DNA of 64,000 bases from Camelus ferus (lineage: Eukaryota). The notes beneath the pieces are model-generated. The model did not search any database and was not told where the DNA came from. It saw only the letters and a program-made list of their open reading frames with translations. Numbering within the stretch: position 1 is the first letter of the stretch; the number at the start of each line of letters is the position of its first letter. The stretch spans positions 87,298,001 through 87,362,000 of the forward strand of contig NC_045696.1 in NCBI RefSeq assembly GCF_009834535.1, read 5' to 3'. The position numbers and the translations under genes are program-made. Below, piece after piece: positions 25,700-38,790 of the stretch.

Positions 25700-27420
25700 C
25701 CATTCTTAAGAGAAAAGACTACTGTTTCACACTTAGGTATGATGTTAGCTGTGAGATTTTCATACATAGCCTTCATTATGTTGATATGATTTTCCTCTAT
25801 TAGTTTATTCAGAGTTTATCATGCAGGTGTGTTTAAACACTTTTTCTGCATCCATTGAGATGATGATGTAATTTTTTAATCCTTCATTGTGTTAGTGGCG
25901 TATCACATTAACTAATTTTTATATGCTGAACCATTCTTGTATCCCAGGGATGAATCCCACTTGATGATGGTATATTATCTTTTTAATGTGCTGCTGAATA
26001 CAAATGACTGCTTTTGGTTGAAAATTTTTGCAACCATATTCATCATGGTTATTGAATTAGTATTTTCTTTTTGAATAGTATCTTTACTTCTAAGGTCAGG
26101 AATGGGAAGGATGCCCATTTTAGCCTCTCTTCAAAGCAGACCACTGTTTAAACCAATGAGGCAAGAAAAAGAAAAAGTATTTAAATCAGAAGGGGAAAGT
26201 AATATTGTCTTTGTTTGCAGATGACATGATCTTATATGTAGAAAACCCTAAAGACACTACAAGAAAACTTTATAACTCATAAACAAATTCAGTAAAGTTG
26301 TAGGATACAAAAATCAACATAAAAAAGTCAACATACAAATATCAGTTGCATTTTCATATACTGACAGCAAACTTCCTGAAAAGGAAATCATGGAAACAAC
26401 TTCACTTACAATAGCATTAACAAGAATGAAATACTTATGAATAAACTTAACCAAGGAGGTAAAGAGTTGTCTAGTGAAAACTCATAAATATGAAATTAAA
26501 GAAGACACAAGTAAATGGAGAAATCTAAATCCATCAATTAGAAGACAATATTGTTAAAATATACATACTACACAAAGAGATCTACAGATTCAATGCAATC
26601 TCTATCAAAACCCCAATGTTATTTTTTGCAGAATCAGAAAAAACCTTCCTAAAATTTAGATAAAATCACAAAGGTACCTGAATAGCCCAAACATTCTTGA
26701 GAAAGGTAAACAAAGCTAGAGATATCACCATATGACTTCAAAATAAATTATAAAGCTACAGTAATTAAAATAGTATGATACTTGCAAAGACAGATATATA
26801 ACCAAAGGAACAAAATAGGGAACCCCCAGTAATCCCATGCATATATTGTAAACTAATCTTTGACAAGAGTGCCAAGATGAAAGGGAAAAAGGCCCATCTT
26901 TTCAACTGATACTGGGCAAACTGGATTTTCACATGCAAGAGAATGAAATTGACCTTTGTCTTATACACAAAAATCAACTCAAAATGGATTAAAGACTTAA
27001 AATGTAAGATCTGAAATTATGAAGATCCTAGAAGAAAATATAGGGAAAAGTCTTCACGATAGTGGTCTTAGCAATGATTTCATGGATAAGATACCAAAAG
27101 AACAGGCAACAAAAGCAAGAATAAACATGATTCCATCAAGCCAAAAAGCTTCTGCACAGCAAAGGAAACAATCAACAGACCAAAAAAGCAACCTGTGGAA
27201 TGGGAGAAAATATTCACAGGCCATTTACATCTGATAAGAGGTTAATTTCCAAAATATAGAAGACACTCTTATAACTTAATAGCCAAAAACTAATAATGTG
27301 ATTACATAACAGGCTAAGAATTTGAATAGACTTTTTACAAAGAAGATATACAAATGGTTAACAGATATAACAATAAGAGGCTCAATGCCCCAGTCATCAG
27401 GGAAATGGAAATCAGAACTG
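25700..27420 (+). mobile_element. Older L1 ORF2 fragment with 5' inversion (antisense ~25700-26080, sense ~26081-27420), 3' end missing
   Basis: Antisense RT segment followed by sense 'tctaaggtcagg...ggatgccc' and 'tttgcagatgacatgatc' (FADDMI). Confidence 0.85.
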
Positions 27421-29289
27421 TGATTGTTCTTTTACCCACTTTTCCCTCCCCCATTCAGTTATTCTTTTACTTCTTAAATTGTCCTCCTATAGAATTTATT
27501 TCATGCTGAGATTTCAAAATGAATACCACTTATTTTTACTTACAAACATCCTCTTCCATGTTCAAGTTCTTTGGGGACAAGAATCATTTTTTTCTTTCCT
27601 CCTTGTAACTGAGAGCCTATGTATAGGTTAAGTACTTGGTAATAATGTTGAATGGATAATGGAGTATTGGATGTAACATTTGTCAGTACTTTTAACTTTA
27701 CAAAGCATATTCACATATTCCTCCCATGAAAGAAATCTCCCATGAAAGGCCCTTACTTTGTAAAAATATAGTAGAGCAGTCTAAAATTCCAGCTATACTT
27801 GAATAACCAGGGTGAACTAAAGAAAATAATCTCTAAAGGAATTAATAACAAATGGAGGGAGATTTTAAACTGTAATCCTAAAGTAGGCACTATTCTAGGG
27901 CCTTGAAATTTCCAGATAGAATATATTTACCTATAGAAGTTCAAATTTTACTTAGCAGACATAGAAGCAAAAAATTACTGCATATCTTTTTTGACCACCC
28001 AGTCTCTGTCTGTTCTCCTTGAAGTGGGGTAGAGAAACCTCAGGGGTTTAGTTAGAAGTCTCTTATCATTGCACCTCTGCCTCAGTCAATAAAAACTACA
28101 AGAATTCATCCTGAACAGTTCTCTAGTAAGGCTTATGGGGCATGGGAAGTAGTGTATTCTCTGGCCAGATAACCTTGGGAAAAATCTAAATTAATCATAT
28201 TTCAACCTGTGGAACTTTTGTGATCTTTTTATATCCATGAATATCTATTGTATGATCCATTAATAACTACTAATATGTATTATTAATCTTTAGGAGGGTG
28301 CTATTGAATGCTAATTTTTCAAATATATTTGACTAAGATGTTAATTGATTAGTTAGTAATTTCCAAATTTTATTTGTGTGTTTGTATATGTGTAATACCA
28401 TTTGAGAAAGACAGTTGTATGCAAAGACCAGCTGTTATATTGCCTTCCTTCATATGACTGTAAGTTGCTATCTCTTGCTACTATGCCTCTCTTGTCTAAC
28501 TTCAAAAGATTTTAATTTGCACATCTGTAAAATAAGACTTAGACTGTATGAGCTTTCAGATACCTTCCAGATTTGAACTTGGATGATTCTATAAAATTAA
28601 ACAAATACTTTATCTTATTGATAAATCCTGAGTAAATCAAATGGCTTTAATTAAGACTTTAGATCCTTTTCTGATTCTTTTTAAATGGAAATATACACTC
28701 ACATAACAAGAAATAAAGATCTTTTATCTCTAAGATTTATATGTATATTTAATAATATTTAGTTGGACTTAGGCCAATTTGAATTGAAATTTTGATAGAA
28801 TAATTTTACCATATGCAGCTACAGCTTGTGAAACGTCTCTTAGCTGTCATATGTACACAGTTGCCAGAGTCAAACTGCTCAGATGTTCCTGCTGTAGTGT
28901 ATGTCATTTCTTTATTTGGATATGTATAAAGTATATATTTTTGCATGTATTTCTATTATTATGCTCTACCATATAGATACTTTACTGTATCACCAGCACC
29001 ACATTCTGAATTTTTAGAAGCCTTTTAAATGGCAGGGTCTATATTTTTGTCATTATAAATTTCCTTTCTGTGATAAAAGATGTAAGATAAAACATTTTGT
29101 AGTGTAAAAATAAATATTTAACTTTAAATTTGAATTTAAGTATGGGCAAACCAATATATGATGAAAAAATTCAATCAGGTTAATAACAAAAACTATTTTT
29201 AAGGTTTTAATTCTATCTAGGGCAGCTAAAATTTTATTAACTTACTGATATGCTTAAAAACTTTTATACTAAGAACACAATAAAAGTAC

Positions 29290-30010
29290 ATATTAAAATT
29301 TATAGCTTAATATATTATCATAAGTTGAACCACCATCAAAGACAATAAATAAAATATTACCAACACCCTAGAATATTTCCAGCATTCATGAAGCCCCTCT
29401 GACACGCTAGGAATCACTACTTTCCCTTCTTCTCAAAGGTACTACTGTCTTATTTTTTTAAAATTTGATTTCAGTATTTATGTAAACAGAATAATATAGA
29501 TTGCACTGTTTTCTGTCTAATTTCCTTAATTAAAAATAAGTATTGGTAGTGTATGTTCTTTAGTGTTCCTTTTTGTTCATTTTAATTGTCATATATAATT
29601 CTGAGTTCATTATTTATCTGTTTAAAGTGTGATGGACATAATTTCAAGTTCATCATCTTTTTAACAGTGATGGACATTTGGGTTGATTTCATTATGGAGT
29701 TATTACAAATAATGCAGCTATTAACATTCTGATATGTGCACACACATACATGTTTTCCATTGGGTGTATTTTGGGAAATGAAAGTGCCGATTCAAAGATA
29801 TGCTTATGTTCAACTGGAGAAGCTAGTTCCAAAGTAGTGACTGAATCAATAAAATGTGAGATGACTTCAGGCTTATTTTTATTTCTTTATGTGAAAATCC
29901 AACTACCCAGCAATATTTATTGAAAAGGCTATTTCCAGTACCACACTTGTCACAAATTAAGTGCTCGTATGTGTGTGGGTCTGTTTCTGTATTCCATTCT
30001 GTTCCAGTTT
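29290..30010 (-). mobile_element. Old L1 (L1ME-like) 3' fragments
   Basis: 'gatggacatttgggttgattt...aataatgcagctattaacattct' is antisense L1 3' sequence. Confidence 0.55.
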
Positions 30011-31120
30011 TTTAAAATATTGCATTAAAAAGCCAAATGGATTTTATTGAATGATTGAAATAATCACAATTATTTTAAAAACACATTTAGCAATAAATAA
30101 AGCAAAAATCATCCTGCATAGTGATATATATACAGAATTTCAGGAGGTCTCCAAGAAAATGTAAGGCATTAACGGACATACATTGATATATATAGGCATC
30201 CACCAAGATCTAATGTTTTTGGAATAAAACCTATCAATGGTGACTTTAGACAACAAATTGTGCCAAAAAATTACTGAATCAATAACAGTTCTGGACAATA
30301 TATAAAAAGGTGCATGAAAACATATTGTCCGCAAATACTCCCGTTAAAACCACCACTAAAAGTTACCTGTTCCTCTGGCAAAATCAAGCTGTCCCTTGTG
30401 TGTGTGTGTGTGTGCATGCAAGCATGTGCAGATGTCAGTCTACCTCCATGAGACTATCTGTTAAACTGGAGTTCTAAGACCACTGGTGATTTAAGTGTGT
30501 TGCACCTCATTACAAAATGTATCAGTTTATTACGTGACATGTAACATCAGATTGAGGAGAGCATTATCAAGGATCACAATAGTTGGAGATAAATAACATT
30601 TGCCTCTCAGATATAAAGCAGCCTCTTCAAAAATTGATGTATATATTGTAACTGACAAATGTTAGACAAGTTTAAACCCTTTCTAAGTTGTCAGCTGTTT
30701 CACCAGTTGTGATTTTGATGGCCTAGTGTAGATCTGGAATAAAAAGTTCACAAATGCTTCAAGTATTCCTCTTTTTTGAGGACTCAAAAATTAAATTAAT
30801 ATATTTCACTTTTTTTTAAATAAGAAAATATGTATACTTTAAAAAATTCAACTCATTGTGGGATCATTTTAACACGATCATGGATCTAAATTACTTTTTA
30901 ACTCTCCAAGTTTTAATGTACTTGAGCAATTAGCATTGTTCAATTTACAGTAACTCAGTTTATTTGCAAATGGGCTTATCTCTGTAAGTGGATCTTGATA
31001 TATTTATCTTGAAAATATGTAAAAATGCCAACTGTTGTAATATGCATGTGAATAATCTAATTATATATCTTTCATCTCAAAAAGAAATAAAATAAGCAAT
31101 ATATTATTCTTCTCTGATTA

Positions 31121-31332
31121 TAGTTCAGCAATGTGGGGGTTAGGTGTGTCGACCCCCACTACAGAGTTGAAAATCTATGTATAACTTTATAGTTGACCCT
31201 CTGTGTCAGAAGTTCCACATCTGTGGTTTCAATCAACACAGATCATATAGTACCGTAACAAGTATTTATTAAGAAAAGTCAGCATAGAAGTGGATCCGAG
31301 CAGTTTAAACCTGTGTTGTTCAAGGGTCATTG
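31121..31332. mobile_element. Tigger2-derived non-autonomous DNA transposon (MER8-like)
   Basis: 'gggggttagg...gttgaaaatctatgtataact...gtgttgttcaagggtcattg' flanked by TA on both sides. Confidence 0.75.
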
Positions 31333-31939
31333 TAATTTGGAATGAAGTTTACCATGACTCTAATTTTCATTAATCAAGTGCAAGCTAAGTTATATTAGGG
31401 ACCTGATACAAGTTATATTGAACTTTGAAAAACCAAACATGGAATAAGATTAACTCCTGACTGTGAAATTAGTTATACTGTCTCTTACGCATGTATCTGT
31501 AATCAATCTATTTGCCAGCCAATAGTAAAATGTGCCTGAAAGGCATGTACAAATGAACAGTATTTGAATCCTATGTCTCATTTTGCTAATTAAACATATT
31601 TGAATTGTTTTAAAATTCTGTTTCTCAAATGTTTTCAGGAAATTAGTATGGTATAAATGTAAATAATCTAAAAGTTATACTGGAAACATTAGGTTTTATA
31701 TAGATTTTTGAAATTCCCAACATGCAGCACCAAAAAAACAAATCCTTAGGAAACATATATAGCCATTAGTATAAATAAAATCTTAATGACTCAAATACAT
31801 TTCAAAATTTAATAAGAGGCTCATGTTAGAAGAGCCCTATAGGAAATAATTTTGATCACAATGAAACTATTTAAGTTGCTCCTAGTACTAGTACTTTGTT
31901 TTCCAAGTCAGATTTTACATAATTGGTTTTCTTAGCCTG

Positions 31940-32438
31940 TTTTATGGCTTGAGTTGTATCCTCATCACCCCCCAGATATGTTCCAGTCCTAACCCCCAGC
32001 ACCTATGAATGTGACCTAACTTGAAAATCAGTGTTTTAAAGATGTAATCACATTAAGATAAGGTCATATGAAATAAGGGCAGGCCCTAACCTAATAACTA
32101 ACATTATTTACTAACAGATAAATTTGGACACAAAGATGCACAGAAGGAAAACAATGTGAAGACACAGAAACAAGAAGGTTATTTAACGACAGAGGCAGAG
32201 AGTAGAGTGATGTGGCTCTAAGCCAAAGAACAATACAGATGGCTGACAACCACCAGAAGATAGAAAGAGACAAGGAAGAATTCCCCCCCTAGAATTTTCA
32301 GAGACAGTGTGACCCTGCTCTCCTCTTGATTTCAGGCGTCTAGATTCCACAACTATGAGGGAATTTGTCTTAATTTCTGCTGTTTTAAGCTACCCAATTT
32401 GTGACAATTTGTTATGGGAGCCCTCGGAAACCACTACA
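31940..32438 (+). mobile_element. MaLR LTR (MLT1B/C-like)
   Basis: 'gtcctaacccccagcacc...gaatgtgacc...caaccaccagaag...ttctgctgttttaagc'; probable GCCTG TSD. Confidence 0.8.
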
Positions 32439-32479
32439 GCCTGCAAGAACTTTTTCATGAATCTACATATCATGGGGAG

Positions 32480-32690
32480 CATTTTCTCCTACATGCTAAG
32501 GCCTGTGTTAAGTGCTCTTTTATTTGTCTTACATTTCTGACTATAAATAATACAGTGGGGAGAACATTAGTATCCCCAATTCTTAGATACAGAAACCAAA
32601 ATCACAGAGAAGACCCATACTAGACATAGCAGGCATGATGTTCAGTGTAGCTTTATATAGCTCTAGAATCTACCTCTGCTAAGCACACAG
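32480..32690 (-). mobile_element. MIR SINE fragment
   Basis: 'tgttaagtgctc...tatccccaattcttagatacagaaacc' fits antisense MIR. Confidence 0.4.
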
Positions 32691-32919
32691 TATTTGCCAG
32701 GCATAGGGGAACCAAAGTTGTTAATTTCTTATGTATTTAATATTCAATTTTGAAAAAACAGTAGTGATGTGTCTTCTGTTATGTACATTGATCTTTCAAT
32801 ATGTGACTACTCATAATATATAGTGGCTTAATATTATACAACTATCTTTCTCTAGGTATGCAGGTTATTATTGGTTGTGAAATTTTAGTATTTGTCTCTG
32901 TTCCTCATGTTCTGTATCA

Positions 32920-33890
32920 TACTATAAAATCTGTCCAGTTTAAGTGTACAGTGATTTCTGGTAAATTTAAGAGTTGAGCAATCATCATTACAATCTAATT
33001 TGAGAGCATTTTCATCACCCTGAAATGATCATTTGTGCCATTTACAGTCATTCCTCTTTTCCACTAATGGCCTAGGGAACTCCAATCTACTTTCTGTTGT
33101 CTTTTCTGGACATTTCATATAAATGAAATTACACAATATGTGTTTTTTTGCATCTGGCTTCTGTCACTTAACAATGTTTTGGGTATTTTCTATCCATGTT
33201 GTAGCATGCACCCATACTTTGCTCTGTTATTGCCCAATAGTCATATTGTTTGGATATACCACGTTTTGGTTATCCATTTTCCAGCTGATGGATATTTAGG
33301 TTATTTCTATTTTTTTATTATTATGACTAAGGCTGCTAATGAGCATTCACATGTATGTAAGTATCTGTGTGGACAGACATTTGTTTTCATTTCTCTTGGG
33401 TAGATACTAAGAGTAGAATTGAGTTATAGGGTAAATGCATGTTTAACATTCTTAGAAATTGCTAACCTGTGTTCCAAAATGGCTGAACCATTTTACATTC
33501 CAATATATGAGGATTCATGTCTCTCCATCCTTGCCAATACTTTATGATTATTTGTGTTTTTATTATAGCCAGTCTAGCAACTGTGAGGTGTTATTTCATT
33601 ATAATTTTAAAATATATTTCCCTAATACAAATGAGGTAGAGTATCTTTTCAGGTACTTGCTGGCCATTCCTACATCTTCTCTGGTGAAATGTCTATTCAA
33701 ATCTTTTGCTCATTTTTTAAATGGATTGTCTGTCTTTTTATTATTGAATTGTAATGATCATTTCTATATTCTGGATATAAGTCCATTATCAGAAATATGA
33801 TTTGCTAATATTTATCTCACTCTGGTTTGCCTTTTCATATTCTTATTAGTGTCTTTTCAAGCACAAAATTTTTAATTTTTATCAAGTCCA
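32920..33890 (-). mobile_element. L1MB-like 3' end
   Basis: Antisense 3'UTR and ORF2 C-terminus: 'tctggacatttcatataaatg', 'gtgaaatgtctattcaaatcttttgctc'. Confidence 0.8.
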
Positions 33891-33904
33891 GTGTTTTCAA
33901 GGTA

Positions 33905-34036
33905 GCACTGGTTTTTAAATGCTTTTGCATATTTTAATCACCTGAAAAGTTTAGAAAACAAATATACACTTTTAGCTCTACTTTTTAATCAATAAAATTA
34001 GTCATTCTGCAGTGCAGCTAGTTTGAGAATCAGTAT
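33905..34036. mobile_element. MER5A-like hAT-Charlie MITE
   Basis: 'tgcatattttaatcacctg...gcagctagtttgagaatcagt'. Confidence 0.45.
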
Positions 34037-34239
34037 TCTACATGGAAAAATTCTTGATTGTGGAATATGTTCCAGGGTTCTCTTTTGTGGTGAAGAATTC
34101 AGATAATATGGTAATTCCTCCATAAAATGCAGTATTAGATGGAACCAATTTGCATATTTCAAAGATCCAGTTCATGGTCAGGATCAGAGTAGGAAAGAGG
34201 ACTATTCTGAAAGATGTGTTGTGGATTACAATTTTTATA

Positions 34240-37200
34240 TATACATGGTAGGACATTAAACATTAAACATAGCTCATCTCCTAACCAGTTTAACTTCAAT
34301 CCTCAAACTAAAGGCCTATTTACCTAATGTCCTGTTCCCTAATTTCCCAGATATTATGTCTAGCTTTCAACAAAAAGTTTCAAGTGTGACAAAAGGCAAG
34401 ACCAAAACATACAATCTGAAGAAACAAAGCAATCATTGGGACAAGCCCAAGATATGATACAAATGTGAGAGTTATTAATAACAGTTATTTTATTAATTAT
34501 ATAATTATAATTAATAACAGTTATTTTAAATTTTCTAGTATTTCAAAGAACCTAATGGAAAAGTAGACAACATAAAAGAACATATAGGTAATATAAGCAG
34601 AGAGATAGAAACTAAAAAGTAATCAAAAAGAAATATTATAAATAAAAAATACAACAACACAAATGAAGAATGTCTTTCATGGCCTCATCAGTAGGCTCAA
34701 CATAGCTAAGTGAGAATCAGTGGACTTAAAGATAGATCAAAAGAAATATCTCATTCATCAAAGGGAAAAAATGAAAACAGGACAAAGCATTGGGAACTAT
34801 AGGACAATATCAAAAGATTTAACATATGAATACTTGGAATACCAGTAGGAAAAAAAGAGAATAGAGTAGAAGAAATACTTGAATTAATAATAGCTGAAAA
34901 CTTTCCAATATTAATGATAGACTTCAAATCAAACATCCAGGAATCATGGACAATATCAAGTTGGATAAATATGCATGCACACACACACTTGCACACACAC
35001 ACAAAGGCACAGCACATTCAAGTTATAGAAAATCAAAGACAAAGGGAAGATCTTGAAAAACAACAGAGGGGAAAATATCTTAGTTATAGAGGAACAAGCA
35101 TTAAAATTTCAGTGGACTTACTATAAACAGTGCAAGTAATAAGAAAGTAGAGTGAAATATTAAAAGTATTAAAAAATGAATAGAATTCTAGAATCAGGAA
35201 AATTATCTCACAAAAGTGAAAGAAATACTTTTACAGACAAAAACGGGAATTTTTATTGCCAGCAGACCTGCCCTGCAATAAATGATAAGAGAAATTCTTC
35301 AAGGAGGAGGAAAATGATACAGATTATGAACTTGGACTTACGTAAAGAAATAAAAGCACCAGAGAATAAATGAATGAAGGCAACATAGATATTTTATTTT
35401 GTATTCTTAATTTATCTAGAAGATAACTGTTAAAGTCAATACCAGTGACAATGTATTGGGTGATTATAACATACAAATACATGAACTGAGTGACAGTGTC
35501 ATAAGGGGCAACAGGAAATAATTTTAACTACTCTGTTAAAAGGTACTTGGACTACATGTAAAGTGGTATAGTGTTACATGAATGTGGACTTAGATTAGTT
35601 GAAAATGTGTATTATGAACTCCAGGGAAATAATCAGATACATTTAAAAAGATATATAATTGATATGTTGAGTGAAATAAAATTACATAATTTAAAATGCT
35701 TAATTAAGACCAGACAAGGGATAAAAAGAGGAGAAAACAAGCAACAGCAATGAATAGAAACAGTTACAAACATGGTAGTTAGTAATCCAGAAATATCAAT
35801 AATCACTTAACTGTGAATTTTTAAAAACACAAATTAAAAGACAGAAATTGTCAGAATGGATTAAAAAAAAAAAACCTGAAAATCAATTATGTATTGCTCA
35901 CCAGAAACTTACTTCAAATATAAAGAAACAGTAAGTTTAAGGTAAAGGAATGGAGAAACGCATACAATAATAAAACTAATAAAAGAAAGTTGAAGTAGGT
36001 ATAATTTCAGATAAATCAGACATGTAAACAAAGAAGATTATCAGGGATAAATAGGAACCGTTATATAATGTAAAAGCTGCCAAATTCTCTAAGACAATAC
36101 AATCCTATATATATATGCATTTAACTAGAGATGAAATGCATGAGACAAAACCTGGTAGGACTGCAAGAAGAAATAGACAAATTAAACTATTTTAATTAGA
36201 GACTTAAACACCCCTCTATAAGTAATTGATGGGTTAGCAGGCAGAAAATTATAAAAAAAAAAAAAATTAACGATATAGGTCACCTGAACAGCATTATCAT
36301 TTAACTTAATTTACTTATATAGAAAACTTCTTCAACAAAGAACAAACATTCTTCTCAAGCTCACATAAAACTTTCAGCCAAGACAGACTACATGCTGGGT
36401 CATAAAACATACCTTAACACATTTAAAAGAACAGACATCCTACAGAGAATGCCCTCAGACCACACAGGAATTAAACAAATCAATAGCAGAAGAAAATATC
36501 TGGAAAAAATCCCTAAACTACTTACAAATTATGTGACACATTTCTCAGTACTTGAGTTGATAAGACTGTTTCCCATGGTGCACAGGTTAACAGCCCTGAA
36601 AACACTATACATGTATACAATAACTGAACAATTAAATAAATTGATAGCAGATGGTGGGAGCCAGGTTTCTCACTGTTGTAATACAAGGGTTCAAAAGGTT
36701 CAGACAAGCAAGGAGAGGTCTAGAATGATCATGTGGTAATAGATTAAAGATGAAGACATCAATATGAACTCATGTTTAATTTAATACAAACTCAAATGGA
36801 TACAGAAATATTTATGAACAAGTGTAGATCTATAGTTAGTATACACACATATATTCCCTTGATTTATCATTGAGAGGTCCTGGAAACAACAAAGTCCAGC
36901 AGCAATAAGCATGCCTACTACCAAGATCTTGGTTTCTACTCTCCTTCTCTGATAGAAAAAAACAGGGCTCCTGGGCAAAAAGGCTGATTCTAGGGTTGGG
37001 ACAGATAATATATGATATGATCTTGGAACACCTTGTAGAGCTAAAAAAGGAAGTGTTAAAAAAAAATTAAAAGCTTGTGTCAAAGGAATACAGGAGCTGA
37101 TGAAGCTGGAAGAATTCAAGCAACAAAATAAAGTAGTATTTGATTATAATCCAGAATAAAGTAAATACCCATAATAAAATAAATTGATGATTGACTACAT

Positions 37201-37790
37201 AAATAAATGAGTGAATAGATAAATCTTCTATGCAGTATTCTATATAACTTAACATAAAGATTTTTCCCTTAAAGAGGTGAAGTATAGCTCCTCACTTTTT
37301 AAGTGTGGGCTTTGCATAGTAATTTATTTCAAAGGGTCAGTTATGGAAAGGAAGGAAAGAAGAGTAAATTTACAGTGAATAAAACTGGCAAACACTATCT
37401 CAGCCTAGATGATCAAGGTCAACAACCACAGTGGTTAAGCCACGTTGATAGTATGTCTCCTTCTCTAGAACACACTACCCCAACCCAATCATGGGCAAAA
37501 CATCAGACAAACATGAATTGAAGGCCATTCTATAAAATTTTGTCTGATCTTCCTCAAAACTATCAAAGTCATCAAAAATAAGGAAAGTCTGAGAAACTCA
37601 AAATCAGGAAGAGCCTAAGGAGACACAACAACTAAATGTAATGTGGTATCCTTTTGGGACACTGAATGAGAAAAAGGATATTGGGGAAAAATGAGAAAAT
37701 CTGAATTAACTATGGACTTTAATTTAGTAATGTGTTGATATTAGCCTATGAATTACACCAAATGTACCATACTAAGAAAAGATTAATAAT
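34240..37790 (+). mobile_element. Old L1 (L1MD-like): ORF1 and endonuclease relic fused to a long 3'UTR
   Basis: ORF1-like 'gctgaaaactttcca'; EN-like 'gagacttaaacacccctct' and MLGHKT...SDH peptide; L1MD-type 3'UTR 'gatggtgggagccaggtttctcactgttg' and 'aactaaatgtaatgtggtatcc'. Confidence 0.8.
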
Positions 37791-37799
37791 TTCTGTCTT

Positions 37800-38790
37800 A
37801 TCCTTCATGGGGCTTTATTTATTTGTATGCCAGTATGTCAGAATCCTGGATCTTTCCCTTTCTCTTTTCATGGAGAATTTCTTTATAGTAGGAAGTTTTC
37901 TGTCTTAGAAGAAGGAGGGAACAGCTGTCCCACTCCCATATAAACTTGCAGATTCGCATTTTGGGAAGCCTCTCTGTCGTATAAATGCCTGATGTGAAGC
38001 TTTCTGATTGTAATGTAAGTGACTGACATTAAGCTTTTGATTGCTGAAGCAGCCATTTCAGAGACATCCATCTAGAATAAGCATATTTCCAGCTGTATAA
38101 TACAGCTACTAGTAAAACATCTAGATAAGGAACCAGCCTGCCCCCACCCATGAAACTCCTCTTTCAGAAAGCTCTAGGTAACCTAGATAACTGATGACCA
38201 ATTGACCTCATGAGTGACCTCACTTCTTCCTTCTTGTGCCCTAATTCCAACTCTACTGCTTTAAATTCACCGATAAAGAGTCATCTGGAGAAATCCTAGG
38301 TACTCCACCCTTGGACCCTAATAAAGGCTGAGTGCCCTATCTCCTTCCTCACTCTACCCATCACCTCACTGTGACCCTGAACATGCAGTGTACACTTCAA
38401 GACCTATGGTTAATAAATCTTGTTCTTCAAAGTTCTGGGATAGTTTTGCTGAGGTGTGGAATTAGAGCCACGAGGGCTGCTCCAGCAACAATATTGGCCT
38501 TTGTGGTATCGGCGGGGAAAGTCTATGGGGCTCCCTATGAGTAAATATGAGTCTGGATGAGTGCCTCATGTATTCCTAGCCGAGAACATCACCATCAGTA
38601 GGCTGAGACTCACAAAACACTCTCCTTCAGTATAATCCCACTATATGTGTAGACTAGCCATCTGGATCTCATTTGGCTGCCTGTGGTGTGCTAGGTGTGA
38701 GGGACTAATGCTAGAATATTATTCTTCCCCTTCGTTGCTAGAGTAAATAAAGCTCTGATATCTGACCCAGAGGTCTCATGTTTCTGCTGT
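37800..38790 (+). mobile_element. Composite LTR relic: ERV1-type LTR (MER89-like, ~38020-38520) apparently nested in an ERVL-type LTR (MER54/MER74-like)
   Basis: Separate AATAAA-containing LTR-like ends ('aataaatcttgttc' and 'gtaaataaagctctg...tctgacccagaggtctcatg'); family names from memory. Confidence 0.45.

Noticed and set aside
34474..34528. 19 bp direct repeat around an AT-only spacer
   Set aside because: Ordinary slippage duplication inside an old L1; only two units, not an array.
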